A stretch of DNA of 63,722 nt, filler included, from Collodictyon triciliatum (taxonomy: Eukaryota): assembly GCA_043381765.1 (NCBI GenBank). It is 40 parts of 40 records of this genome, joined end to end, with 100 filler letters (N's around TTAATTAATTAA, not from the genome) between each part and the next. Parts side by side here need not be neighbours in the genome. Positions count along the whole stretch, not along the records: positions 25,598 to 27,093 come from JBHJMP010010924.1; positions 27,194 to 28,689 come from JBHJMP010010925.1; positions 28,790 to 30,284 come from JBHJMP010010926.1; positions 30,385 to 31,880 come from JBHJMP010010927.1; positions 31,981 to 33,475 come from JBHJMP010010928.1; positions 33,576 to 35,070 come from JBHJMP010010929.1; positions 35,171 to 36,665 come from JBHJMP010010930.1; positions 36,766 to 38,258 come from JBHJMP010010931.1; 32 more parts are not named here. One strand, 5' to 3'. Both the position numbers and the translations under genes were made by a program. Shown here piece by piece: positions 25,934-39,039 of this stretch. Positions within the stretch are counted from its first letter, which is position 1, and each line of letters begins with the position of its first letter. The notes beneath the pieces are model-generated. The model was not told where the DNA came from. It saw only the letters and a list, made by a program, of their open reading frames with translations, and did no database searches.

Positions 25934-26996
25934 GTGGTGATAACATTTATCATAATCGTTCGCGTTGCAGTTTCAATTTGACATTCCAAACCCGATGGGA
26001 TGGTGTGTAATAGTCATTCCAATGAACTCATCCAAAGTGGCAAGCAAATACTCACTATCTCATTCACCACTTTTGAGGACAGTCGCCCCTTTCAAGTGCT
26101 TTTCTGGATTAAAGAAGAGACTTTCATGCTTCATCCATGAATAAACACATTATGAAAAGCATATTTGAATGTATAGAAATTTCAAATTACCAGTTGACCA
26201 TCATCTATTTTTTTCCTTCGAAGGACTTTTTTTAAGTTCTCGAATAAGCAAAGACCCAGTAAATATGATTGCAGCGCTGTTGCAGAACAGGACAATTATG
26301 TTCAAAATGAGACTAGTATTCGACGGGGAAAAACTGTTTGTGTTCGAAAGCTCTGATGCATCATTCTTCAAAAGTAATTGTAACGAAAGCAACTATAGAA
26401 AAGTGAGTAATGAAGGTTTCATTATTTTTTGTTCCTCAACTGTCAGGGAATATCAAAAACATGATTACTCAGGGACACATATGAATAGTAAATATCCACG
26501 CCAGAAAGAAATTTTGTGAGGCATAGTTAAGATTAATCAGATTTTACCAACGATTGCATCCCACAGAATAAAATGTGCACGACTAAAAAATACCTAAACA
26601 GGACCCGGTTGTTGGATCCAATGCACAGATCTATTCAAAAAAAGTGTTTTTGTCTTAGTTTCTCCTATCCTGAAAACTGATTTTTTTGTTCTTGTTTTTT
26701 TTGGAATCAAGGGATTGATTCTGCTAATGGCAATTTTTTTCTTATGAGTGTAAGCATTTTATTTTATTTTTGAAGTATTATATACTTATCCACATGCAAT
26801 GGTGGTCAAATCCAATCACGCATGCATCACATGTGTAGCAATGATGCATTGACATGGTTTTCGGGCAACTTTATACATTCTCATTTAATTAGCCTGGTAT
26901 ACAGGGACAATATAATAGCTATAGTTTTATCAAGAAGCAGAGAAAAATATGCCAGACAGCCGCTAATGGCGATTCCTGCTGGGCTTAAAAGGATAC

Positions 26997-27093
<97 letters not shown>

Positions 27094-27193
27094 NNNNNNN
27101 NNNNNNNNNNNNNNNNNNNNNNNNNNNNNNNNNNNNNTTAATTAATTAANNNNNNNNNNNNNNNNNNNNNNNNNNNNNNNNNNNNNNNNNNNN

Positions 27194-27675
27194 GCCTTTG
27201 TCCCTTTTGATCTCCACGTGGGTCGGTCTGAACGGCTTCAGCTCCTCACGAAGGAGTTGCGGCCACACGTCCAGCGGTAGTTGGTAGAGCATCACCGAGG
27301 TCTCTGCTGGTTTACTTCTGCTGAAGCTGATTGTAATATCGATCAAACTTACCTGCTTCAGTTCCAGAAGCTTTCGGGCGTTTTCCGCAGTGCGGAAGGC
27401 GATCAGGCAAAGGCCTTCGCTGTCCGGTAAGCGCGATTGGATGGACTCTTCCCAAAGCTTGTTCGCTTTCAAGTAGGAGGCGAGCGCATCAGTGAGTCTG
27501 CGGGCCTTGTTCTTGTTATAAACGACTTGCTCGACCCCGTGCAAAAATACTGTCCGCTCAGACAGACTCGCAGGCGGCTTCCTTGCACGGGTCTCCCTGG
27601 ACTTACGTGCACCTTGGCGGTTTTCCGCACCAGCGTTGGAACTAAAAGAACTAGCTGCAACTTGTGAAACCTTCC
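27194..27675 (-). mobile_element. LINE ORF1-like (RRM-type) N-terminal fragment
   Basis: RTVFLHGVEQ..IAFRTAENARKLL..TSVMLYQLPLDVWPQLLREELKPF resembles L1/Tx1 ORF1; a close homologue lies at 49527-49785, joined to RT sequence. Confidence 0.7.
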
Positions 27676-28529
27676 TCTCCTAGGCTTTTGCTACTCACCG
27701 GGTGAGGCAAAGCAAACTACCTCATAAAGTTAAGCCAGGTTCGGTGTTCATTATTCGTAATAAAATAAGAAAAGATGACTTTGTAATCAACACAGAACCC
27801 AATAGAATAAATGTTTTTTTGTCTCAAGTTAGAATGTTGTCGGTGTCAGAGAGTGTTTTATCAGTTTTCATTGACCCCTCTCATGACTGATGTCAGCCTA
27901 AATCTTATTCAACAGATTGGCCACGCGAACGCCCTTTTCTGAGAACCCGTTGCAATCGTGTGTGGTGAGGACGATATCAACTTTGGAGTAGACATTGAAC
28001 AATCAGGTATGGATGTCCTCCTTTTAATCAATTATCAAAATAATAGTAATCGACCATTCGTAAGCGTAAGAGTATATTTAAAAAAAAAGGTATTCAGGTG
28101 TTGATTCTGAGGCGATTTTCCCAAGCAGCGATCTTATATCGTGTAATTTTTTTGAATCGATCTACCAGAATGATATGGTATTTGTTTACATCGAGCTTTC
28201 AATGGCCATTCAATCCTTGAGTATAAAATCATGTTGAATCTCAAAGAATGGAGCTTTATTTTTGTAGCAACTGCACCAGGCAGTGAATCGCTGCAGCTGT
28301 ATAAACCTGATTTATGATGGGCACAGCATGAGACATAAAGCCCCACCCCCGGTGGAAATCCCTGCGGCGCAGTTTGGAGCTTCACTTTAATTCAAGTCTG
28401 AGTGATGGAGGCCTGATATGTGGATAGAAAGGCTTGCAGACTTTATTCAGTTGTTTGGAAGACAAGAAATAAAGTAGGAAGAAAAAGAAAAAAGAAACAA
28501 AACAAAAAGAAACGAAAGCTTGCTTGAAG

Positions 28530-28689
28530 TTGAAAGTCTTTTGGATGGCATCACGTTCAGCTAAGACCTTCCAGCCATTGCTTCAATATGCAGACGACAC
28601 AGCATTCATCTTGCGGTCTCCCGAAGGCGCCACACTCGCCAACAAATGCATGCAAGAATACACACGAGCTGTCGGCGGGAAAATCAACT
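28530..28689 (+). mobile_element. LINE reverse transcriptase fragment (YADD), 5'-truncated next to an A-rich tract
   Basis: LLQYADDTAFIL..CMQEYTRAVGGKIN matches the non-LTR RT catalytic motif and the following GxKIN motif. Confidence 0.85.
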
Positions 28690-28789
28690 NNNNNNNNNNN
28701 NNNNNNNNNNNNNNNNNNNNNNNNNNNNNNNNNTTAATTAATTAANNNNNNNNNNNNNNNNNNNNNNNNNNNNNNNNNNNNNNNNNNNN

Positions 28790-29120
28790 TCGGGATTAAA
28801 TATAAGTGGCCTTCTTAAACATCGAGGCCGCGTTAGTTGCACAAATACTATAATTCCCTATGAGTAAGAACTGTGCACCATAAAAAAATATTGACAGCGC
28901 TTAGCTACCCAAATTCACTTGAAACGGACACGATGAAACATCCTTGGTGAGCCAATGGTGCCCAAGTGCTTCCAAGCACATCCAAGAAATCAATCTGCTA
29001 AATCGCAGGCATCGCGCTGAGCTCACTCCTCCCTTTTCCAAATATGTAATCCCTCCAGTAGAAACGCGCCTCGATTTTCCACATCAGAAAGCGAGCAGCC
29101 CAGCGAAACGCGGATCGATC
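28790..29120 (+). mobile_element. Possible degenerate LINE ORF2 post-RT region
   Basis: Frameshifted GLLNIEAALVAQIL resembles the GGLGL-adjacent segment of L1 ORF2; weak. Confidence 0.25.
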
Positions 29121-29384
29121 AGAAAGAGTCTGGTGTGAGTCACTGCTTCGTTTCCGCGCAAGGGAAGCACATATAGGAAGAAGCTGCTTATTCTTTTTCC
29201 ACTCAGCAAGTCCGCTTGGAGAAGACAACGACTCTTTTGCATTCAAGAAGGATTTTCCACCATAAAATTTCATGTTATTTTTTCTTTTCTTTTCTTTTTT
29301 TGTTTTTAAAAAGTTAAATCGATCGATTCCTTTTTTTTTTTAATCCAAAGTCCCTGGTGACGCCAGATCTCAGAGTACTCGACG

Positions 29385-30284
29385 ATGGCGTTTCGCCTCT
29401 ACGGACTGAATGCTCGAGATGAAGCACTCAAGTATATCGAAGAGAAGGATTATGAATCGGCAGTATCCAAATTCACCGCTGCTGCAGACTTGTTTCTTCA
29501 AGCCAGAAGGCGTATGCACTCCAATATATTTTCTGCATTCGTATTCGCTTATTTGTTAAATGAAGTGATTTAGATGTACAAAGCAACACCATATAATAAT
29601 AAGGAAATGAAGTTGCTATTATTATTATTATACCAAAAAATTCATTTATATATTCCATAATGTTTTTTTCATTTGCAGGCGAGACAGACACACGAATGAA
29701 AGACAACTACTACAAGCTATCATTAGACTGCATCGAGCGGTATATTTTTTTACAAGAAAAACAATAAAAATAAAAAAATTTCATTTATTTAATAGATTCA
29801 TAGAATAAATAAATAAATTATTACAATTTATTGCAATATATCGTAAATCTTTTATACAATGGCAAATAATTTTTTTATTTATCTTGTTCACTATTATACG
29901 GTGTGTTAGAATTACACTTCTTTTTTCTCTTTCTAACGCGGTATTGAAACTGCTGTGAAACAAAGGGCAGAGGCATTGAAAAGCAAAATCGCGCAACAAA
30001 GTTCACGTCCAATACCCAGCGCACCAGCAGCACCAAACTACCCCACAGGCCCCAGCCATTCCCCTTTAAACTCGTTGATTGCGCCTGGTCATCGTGCTAT
30101 CCCCCGAAGGGCCGAGCACCCAAAAGAGCCAGCGCAAAGCCCAAGTCCGCACAACGAAGATTATCCTGACTATCCCGTTTATCCTTCCGCGCCACCAGCG
30201 GCCTCGGCAAATCACTTCCCAAACAGCAGCATCGACCCAATTCAGAATGCAATCGGCGCCACAGTCTTGGTGCAGTACAAAACA
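29385..30284 (+). CDS. MIT-domain protein, 5' part with Pro-rich linker
   Basis: ARDEALKYIEEKDYESAVSKFTAAADLFLQARR|RETDTRMKDNYYKLSLDCIER|AEALK fits the MIT three-helix pattern ending RAE.LK. Confidence 0.75.
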
Positions 30285-31614
30285 NNNNNNNNNNNNNNNN
30301 NNNNNNNNNNNNNNNNNNNNNNNNNNNNTTAATTAATTAANNNNNNNNNNNNNNNNNNNNNNNNNNNNNNNNNNNNNNNNNNNNTAGTATTGTTATTAGT
30401 ATTGTTATTAGTATTGTTATTAGTATTGTTATTAGTATTGTTATTAGTATTGTTATTAGTATTGTTATTAGTATTGTTATTAGTATTGTTATTAGTATTA
30501 TTTCATCAGAATCACTTCATTAAAAGCTTGACTTGAAAAAGCCTCATTGACGCGTCTAACTATGTTATTTTCTACATAATTATTATTTTTTGTATATATG
30601 CGATGTTTGTTTCCTTTAAAGAAATCCTTTGAAGTTGTTTATCTCCATTATTGTATTATTTTTTCATTCTCTTTTTCAAACAGACTTCCGAACTCGAAGG
30701 GAATGTTTCCAGAAAACAAAGTAAATAGGATGTATTTTTTGAAGAAAGACAGGAAAGTAAAGAAAAAGGATTAATTTGTGGAGTAAATGCTCTGGGTTCG
30801 AAAGCGGACACCTATTATGATGTGGCGCAGTAAAACAGGCCCAAACAAGTTAAAAAAAATGATTAGACAACAATAAAGTAATAATTTTTGTAAACCTGTT
30901 AAATGTGAATCCCAACAAACATATCTACTCATCCTTTTTTTTTCCCCTGGTATCTCACTGTAAATCAAGTGAGTAACAGAAAGAAAAAAAAAAGCCAAAT
31001 AGAAAACGAAATCGTCCTCAGTTCCTTTCAAGCGAGATTAATACACAGCATTTTACACATCGCCGCTTTTGCCTGGTGGTCTCTTTGTTTATCTTTTGCT
31101 TTTGCTTTTGCTTTTGCTTTTGCTTGTATACAAAAGTTATGACTATCTTATTATATGGATTATTCATGTTGTGTCAAGTTTACTGTGGGATATCCCGGAC
31201 CCACATGACGTTTTTTTCTTCTACTTTATTCCACCCTATTTTGCTGCAAGTTGACGTTTCACTGGGACTTGCAACCTGTCAATCCTTTCCTGCAGACGAC
31301 AAAACGACCTCCTTGAAAAGCAACTGCGAAGGATTTTACCTGTTTCGCGCTTTTCTCCCTTCGGAACAGAAGCAAACCCGATCCTTACGTTCACTTGAAG
31401 CTTCGGTGCCACGTGCGGTCATTCGCTAAAGGATGATTGCGTGAGTGTGCTGGGGATGACTATTGGGTTGGTGGGTCAGTGTTTGAGAGTCTGAGTGAGT
31501 CGACAAGAGAACGGACTAAGAAAAAATGAGAGGAGGAGGAGACAGACATAGGAAGGTGAAGAAAGGAAACAACGAGCAGGTGATTTTACCATAGTTTGCT
31601 GCTGCAGTCGTACC

Positions 31615-31756
31615 ATGAGCTTTTCGAGCATGAGAAACGGGCTGCTGCTCTGTTTGTGTGCGGTTTTCATTGAAGCAACGATCTGCTACGACTCAAAGAT
31701 ACTGGGGGAAAGAAACTTGACTGTGGCTCAGAACGCCTGGATCGCAGAGTTTGAGG
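31615..31756 (+). CDS. First exon of a putative secreted protein
   Basis: MSFSSMRNGLLLCLCAVFIEATIC signal-peptide-like start; ends at gag|gtatgc donor. Confidence 0.45.
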
Positions 31757-31980
31757 TATGCCTTCTGGGCGTGGGATGTACTTTCTTATTTCTTATTTCT
31801 TATTTCTTATTTCTTATTTCTTATTTCTTATTTCTTATTTCTTATTTCTTATTTCTTATTTCTTATTTCTTATTTCTTATNNNNNNNNNNNNNNNNNNNN
31901 NNNNNNNNNNNNNNNNNNNNNNNNTTAATTAATTAANNNNNNNNNNNNNNNNNNNNNNNNNNNNNNNNNNNNNNNNNNNN

Positions 31981-33475
31981 TCGATGTCATATTCAAGACA
32001 AAGGTTCAAGAGCGGCCCCAAAATCAAGAAATGGACATTGATATAATGGACGAAACACCAGGCGATTTGCCCGAAAGTGCATCAAGTTCACCATTGAACA
32101 CAGAGGAAGCAATATCAATCGTGGAATGGCTTCAAGGAAGTGGAGGAAACATCGATAACCTCCGACATTTCCAACCTACTCAAGCCAATGATATCTCACC
32201 AAAATCTCCTTTAAACCATGGAGAGGACGCCGAGGAAAGGGAAACCCAAGCCAAATCGGTAACAGAATCGGGAAACAGCATAATGGCACCCAGCAAACCA
32301 CACCCGCCTACCTCCTTAGAGGTCATGGCTCCTGGGACCACTCAAGAGACTCTTTCTTCAGCAAGTACTGCGCAATCCATAAGAAGCGACATCCCAGACT
32401 CAGGATTGGAAGAACACACCATCCAACCTGTCGTCATCATAGAAGGTTCTGCTGAGGGAGAAAGTGAGCACCTTGAAGCTTCGGGAACGACAAACTACTC
32501 CTCAAGTACTGTTTATGGGAGCAAACCTATTATCGACAACTCTTGCGACTCCCCAGCGATAAACGGCTTCCAATGCAAAAAATAAGAAACGTACATGAAT
32601 ATAAAACGTCGGTTACTCATCCTGTAATCACTGGCGACCCAAAAATATCGAAACCGTCGAAGATAAAGCCTCGCCCGAGGAAAAGAGAATGAATCAGTCA
32701 AGTACACCACCGAATATAGCGAGCCAGAAAGCAAGCCAGAATGAAAGTGAAACATGGATGGCCATGTCTACTGCGTGGATGAGGGGGAAAAATTGGAACC
32801 GAGGGTTACTAGTGACCAACAGAGTGCATCTCCCAACACACCAGCTACAAAGGGGGTGCAGCCCAAAGTCCAAGACCATCCGACAAATCCTGGCCGAACC
32901 GCGAGCAATTATAACACCGGCCAAATGAAGGATAAATCGAGTAAGCCATCACACTCTGAGCAACCCAGCTCCAGCGGAGAGGGCCAACCACCGGAGGCTA
33001 CGGCCTCCAGAAGCCAATAGATTATTCATGCGTTTTAACGTTCTGTCGTGGAACGTTAGGGGGATTAACGACCCCCAAAGAAGAAAAGAGGCCCTATACA
33101 CTGCTCTTTTCTCTCATGCAGGCATCATCTGCCTCCAAGAAAAATGGCTCAGCCCTGACAATCTAACCAATGATGAAATATGGAAAGGCCCACAAATGTG
33201 GTACTGTGACGATAATCAGCAGAGACATGCAGGTGAAGCAATTTTATGCAGGAAATAGATAGCCAACCTCAATCCTCGCTTCAGAGAGATTATTCCTGGC
33301 CGCTGCATAAGTCTCGATATCCAAATCTATGGAGCTGACACTCGCATAATAACAATATACATGTCGCTCCAAACAGCAGGCTCAAATACTAGAATACACG
33401 AGTATGAGCTTATCTCTAAGGAGATGGAGTCTGCGAAACGTATCATCATCTGTGGAGACTTCAACGCTCTTCTTG
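31981..33475 (+). mobile_element. Defective L1/Tx1-like LINE: long disordered ORF1 C-terminus, 7-nt spacer, ORF2 APE endonuclease
   Basis: ORF1-like frame ends at 33020; ATG 33028 MRFNVLSWNVRGIND..IICLQE..AGEAIL..PGR..ITIY..IIICGDFN; TAG at 33256 and a later frameshift. Confidence 0.92.
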
Positions 33476-33731
33476 NNNNNNNNNNNNNNNNNNNNNNNNN
33501 NNNNNNNNNNNNNNNNNNNTTAATTAATTAANNNNNNNNNNNNNNNNNNNNNNNNNNNNNNNNNNNNNNNNNNNNAAAAAAAGCCAAAAAAGAAAGCCAA
33601 AAAAGAAAGCCAAAAAAGAAAGCCAAAAAAGAAAGCCAAAAAAGAAAGCCAAAAAAGAAAGCCAAAAAAGAAAGCCAAAAAAGAAAGCCAAAAAAGAAAG
33701 TAAAAAATGGAATGAAATAATTACTTTCCAT

Positions 33732-33782
33732 AAGCACGAATCATTTTTTCCTTTATTCGATTAAAAGACAAGCACGCATCAT
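33732..33782 (-). mobile_element. Ultrashort LINE 3'-tail insertion with 13-bp TSD (1 mismatch)
   Basis: aagcacgaatcat [tttttcctttattcgattaaaagac] aagcacgcatcat; the insert is the reverse complement of the LINE end (..aatcgaataaagg-An). Confidence 0.7.
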
Positions 33783-33965
33783 ATTAAAAGATTCGAAAAC
33801 ACACAGAGTCTATCTCACCCCAGTGGGCGTAGCTCTCAATGATTAAATATCAGAGCTTGATCTATTATGCATTTTGAACAACGTGTTATATGCTATCTGA
33901 CCTCTTCCTCTTCTTCTGTATTCTGCACAACCCCTCACTTTTTTCAACTTTTTTCTTTTGTTTAG

Positions 33966-34854
33966 TTTGGCACAACTCCATTCAAGGGTTCATCGCAAGA
34001 TGACACGTTCAGCCACATTCTTACAGACAAGGTCAATTTCCCAGGCGATATTTCTGTAAGTAGATTTTTTCCATTAGATTCTGAAACATTCAGTTTCATG
34101 TTATATATAAGCCATTCATTAATCACGAAGTTGGAGGCCATTTGAAGCCATAATCCAGTCCATATCACTTCACTGTCCACAATTATATACTAATCAAACC
34201 AGGAATCAATAAACTAGCGAAATAAACCAAAAAATAACATAAATGCCATTGAATCAGGATACCGCGCAATTTTTTCAAATAAAGTAGTATATACAAAGTT
34301 TAAATCTCAAACTCGATATTGTCACAGGTATCTGAGGATTGCAAAAAGCTCATACGCAAACTTTTGCGCAGAGAAACAAAACAGCGCCTGGGATATCGAT
34401 ATGACGCCTCCGAAATCAAGGGCCATCCATTCTTCAAAGACATCAATTGGGCATTGATTCGAAATTCAAGTCCCGTCTTGCAGCCACAATTTTCCCATGC
34501 ACTAGACACGAGGTGAGATAAATACTTGTGTATGCATGTCCCACGCAGATGTATTTTCGATAAAAACAATCATACTCCTATCTCTACCAATCTTGTTAAA
34601 ATTTCTCTGGCCATTTATGCCGGCTGGCAAATATAAGCCGAAAGTAATAACTTATTTGTTCAGTCATATCATTTGAATCATTCGACATCACTCTGATGAC
34701 TTATCAATCCATTATCCACGAAAAAGCCACTTTACAACCATTACGGATGATATGGGCGTAAACCTATCCAAAGAAAAGAAACTGGAAGACCGAATGGACC
34801 CAACAGGCTTCTTCCGTAACTTCACATACCACCGCCCTGCCGCTTGTAACACAT
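33966..34854 (+). CDS. AGC kinase C-terminal part, Fpk1/Nrc-2 type
   Basis: FGTTPFKGSSQDDTFSHIL..VSEDCKKLIRKLL..RLGYRYDASEIKGHPFFKDINWALIRN..P.. Confidence 0.9.
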
Positions 34855-34907
34855 GTACGAATGGTTCATTCTCTTTATATCCTTGAAATGTATTCGTTTT
34901 ATTTCGT

Positions 34908-35017
34908 ACATAAACATAAACATAAACATAAACATAAACATAAACATAAACATAAACATAAACATAAACATAAACATAAACATAAACATAAACATAAACA
35001 TAAACATAAACATAAAC

Positions 35018-35060
<43 letters not shown>

Positions 35061-35070
35061 TATACATACA
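34908..35070 (+). repeat. Compound (CATAAA)n(CATACA)n microsatellite
   Basis: Read directly; one hexamer switches to a single-base variant. Confidence 0.95.
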
Positions 35071-35275
35071 NNNNNNNNNNNNNNNNNNNNNNNNNNNNNN
35101 NNNNNNNNNNNNNNTTAATTAATTAANNNNNNNNNNNNNNNNNNNNNNNNNNNNNNNNNNNNNNNNNNNNTCTCTCTTTTTTTCTCTCTTTTTTTCTCTC
35201 TTTTTTTCTCTCTTTTTTTCTCTCTTTTTTTCTCTCTTTTTTTCTCTCTTTTTTTCTCTCTTTTTTTCTCTTCAG

Positions 35276-36522
35276 GGAGATGACCAACGACGAATTCTTA
35301 TCAAAGAATTAGAGGATGTAGGAATCAGGCTGAATCGCGCTCCACCTCAAATATATTTAAAGGTGATTATTCCATATTCATTCGATTATAGTACTATTAT
35401 AATTTGGCTTTATTTGGGTTCGATAGAGATAAAACCGTTTTTCTTTGCTTTGCTTTGCTTTGCTTTTACTCAGTTTGGTAACCTGATCAGAAATAGCATA
35501 TATGCTCTCATGTATATTCGTCGTAATATGCAGAAAAAAGAAGCTGGTGGCGTGTCCTTCAATACGATGGTCCCTCTGACGCATGTAGACGAGCGCATGG
35601 TCAAAAACATCATGCATGAATACAGTTAATCCATTATTCGCTCTTTAGAAATGCGATTATAACTGCGTATCGATGAACTTCACTTTTCGTTTTGAGGAAG
35701 TATTTATCTTCGGTCTGGGTTCAATTTTATATCTAATTAATTCTTTGTATATCACATTTTCTCTATCATCAGAGATGTTCAACGCTGAGGTTCTGTTCAA
35801 AGAGGACGCCACTGTGGATGATTTAATTGACGTCATCGAGGGGAACCGAAAATATCTTCGATGCTTATATGTATGCTTTTCCTCCTTTTTCCTCCTTCTT
35901 CTTTGTTTGGCATATGTAGTCACGAAACGGCCGTGCGTATGCACTGTGGCAACATATTTACTTTTAAAAAGAAAGCACCTCATTCAGCTATAAATTCATG
36001 GAAGTTAAACTTCTTGTGTCGTTCTATCTCTTTCTTTGTTGACTATTTTAAGACTATCATATTTGTTTCTAATAAGTTAACCGAACTGTGAAGGTGTTCA
36101 ACAAGATAGACCAGATTAGTTTGGAAGAGGTTGACCGCCTTGCACATGAAGAGGACACTGTTGTGGTCAGGTAGAAGAAAATTAATGCATGTCCGAGATA
36201 CATTTCCATTACATTCATGATTATGTGTCATATATGGAATAGGAATGATATAAGTCGTGTGTGCCCTCAATCCCATAAAATCACAATTTGATAAAATAAA
36301 ATAAAAACTAAAAACCCCTCTTACTTGGGATAGCTGCAACTGGAAGCTGAACTTGGACTTTCTTGTAAAAAAGATTTGGGAGTAAGAGTTAGAAAAAAAA
36401 GTTTAAAGTACTCAATAGCACCATGGCAGAATAGTCCTTTCTTTTGAAATATCCGAATTGTAACACTGATATAATGCGCAGTTATCTTGGACTTGTGCGA
36501 ATCTACACCAAGAAGCGAGGCC
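35276..36522 (+). CDS. DRG2: Developmentally regulated GTP-binding protein 2, six exons
   Basis: [85 protein letters not shown]. Confidence 0.93.
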
Positions 36523-36542
36523 GTCAGTATCAAATTTCATAC

Positions 36543-36574
<32 letters not shown>

Positions 36575-36916
36575 CATACATACATACATACATACATACA
36601 TACATACATACATACATACATACATACATACATACATACATACATACATACATACATACATACATNNNNNNNNNNNNNNNNNNNNNNNNNNNNNNNNNNN
36701 NNNNNNNNNTTAATTAATTAANNNNNNNNNNNNNNNNNNNNNNNNNNNNNNNNNNNNNNNNNNNNAAAAAAAAACAAAAAAAAAACAAAAAAACAAAAAA
36801 ACAAAAAAACAAAAAAAACAAAAAAACAAAAAAACAAAAAAACAAAAAAACAAAAAAACAAAAAAACATTAAAACAAAAAAACAAAAAAACAAAACAAAA
36901 ATATAAATTTCTCCAG

Positions 36917-37664
36917 ATTGTCCTTGCTTTTCTTAAATATCTGAGTGCGGATTCCCAAAAGAGCCATTCTATTGGATTTAAGATGAAAACTCTTCTCGCG
37001 GTATGTGGATATATCAAATGAGGCCTCGCATTTGAGCAGCGCATACCCCTTTTTTTATTTCTAAAACAGTCTTTTCTTTAGTTGGTTGATACACCTGCAA
37101 ACGAGGGGAACACAACTTTGCTTAATTATCTAGCCAAATACATTTTCGAGCGGTATAAAGAATTTTTCTGAGGATATTTTTAAGTATTTTCTTTGGATAA
37201 GAATATATTTCATTCCAGTTTGAATTGTAGGGAACCTGAATTGCTCTATTTTATTCAAGACATGCCTAGTGTGGAGCCAGCCTCAAAAAGTAATTATGAT
37301 CATTAAATATATTAATAAATATCTGTATATATGATATATTCTGGTAACGGAACCATACGAGCAGGTTTCAAGACTTGCACGATAATGATGCATTCCATTC
37401 GCATCTAAGTTGATATTACCAAATAGTTTCTGTGGCGGCCGTTTTGGCCGAAGTTGAAGAATTAGTACTCGAACATAAGAGACTGGGTCAGGTTGTGCAA
37501 GATGCATCGCACCATACATTGAAAACTGCTGAAGACGATTCATTTATTGAATTAATGAATGTAAAATCCATTTTTTAATTTTGCCTTGAATTTGATATCA
37601 AATGTATTTCTAGATTGAGTTCCCTTTCTTTTCTTTTCTTTTGTTTTGTTTTGTTTTGTTTTGT

Positions 37665-37698
<34 letters not shown>

Positions 37699-38204
37699 TT
37701 TCCTTTCATTTATATATCTTATTTTCTTTTCTTTTTGGACGAAGGATTTGCTGAAAAGCACAGACAAAACAATCCAAGAACTTCTGGAAACAGTTTCTAG
37801 TGTTCGAAAGGATACTGAAGAGCTTTCAAGTTCGTCGATTCTTATCAAATTATATATAGTTTTTTCCGTATGAATAATCTACTTTTTTAAAAAAAAGAAA
37901 AAAGATGCTGAAATATTTAGTTTGATGATTTTTTTTATTTTTGCATGTTATACAATTTTCAAATTAAAATTTTCTTGAAGAGTATATCGCCGAAGAGTTG
38001 AATAATTCTGAGACGGAGCAGTTGTTTGGGATACTGGTCTCTTTCTCGAACCAATTACAAGTACTTGAGTCTAAAATAAATATGCTTCTTAAATCAATAT
38101 CATGGGGCATTTAGGTGTTCATTTAAACTTATTCTCGTTTCATCTAGAATGCCCATGAGCAGAACATGGACGAAAGCGACAAGATAGCACGTTCTATTAG
38201 AAGT
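36917..38204 (+). CDS. Formin FH2 domain, C-terminal half, divergent, seven exons
   Basis: IVLAFLKYLS..SIGFKMKTLLALVDTP..TTLLNYLAK..PELLYFIQDMPSVEPASKI..DSFIELM..YIAE..EQLFGILVSFSNQLQNAHEQN follows FH2 post-region spacing. Confidence 0.8.
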
Positions 38205-39039
38205 GTAAGCACCATTCAGTTTATTTTGTCTTCTTATCGATATCCTCTCTAAGGGTCTNNNNNNNNNNNNNNNNNNNNNNNNNNNNNNNNNNNNNNNNNN
38301 NNTTAATTAATTAANNNNNNNNNNNNNNNNNNNNNNNNNNNNNNNNNNNNNNNNNNNNATTCATGGAAAGGGCATTCAATGTGACAAGATATTCCTACGA
38401 TGTTTAGAGACTCGACTTATAGCTGAGTGAAATTATTTGCATTCAAACTGACAAGAAAAGATTGGCTTTTGCAGACGAACCTGTAAAAAAGCTCGTTATT
38501 CAAAAGATATTATTAAAAATACATAAAGATAAAAGACAAAAAGAATTTTTGACAATCACTACATACAAAAATATTGGTTTAACTAATACATCCTTTTTTC
38601 CATTCTTCAAATGTCTTTTGAATTTTTTTGTGTTACTGTTTTACATGCAGCAACTATCGGAGGCAGTTTGTATTCTTTCAAAAAAACGGCATGGACCAGG
38701 GTGTGAGAAATCTGTTGTGAAGAATGTGTCATTTTTCGTTCACATCTTGTATATTAAAGAAAACTTAGAGTCCGAGTTCGTGTGAAGCAGAGCTGCTCCA
38801 CTGATTTATATACAGGAGAAATGTAAGTCAGACACCTCATTGTGAACATGTTTTACACACATATATATTTCTTAACAACTAAGTAATAGGAAACTTATAT
38901 TCAATTATTTTTTCCACCTTTATATTTTAATAAAAAAGATGAAGAAAAATTCAGTGCCTTTCAACACCAGCTGCTCTGTCTTACATGCACATAATTGAGA
39001 AAAGCAAATATTATTGTTCAAGGTTTATTCTTTATTTCT

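Noticed and set aside
33256-33258. In-frame TAG at a Trp position suggesting readthrough or an alternative genetic code
   Set aside because: In-frame stops occur only in frameshifted LINE relics (the 20455 copy has TGG here). Host genes end in TAA, TAG and TGA and my gene models have no internal stops.
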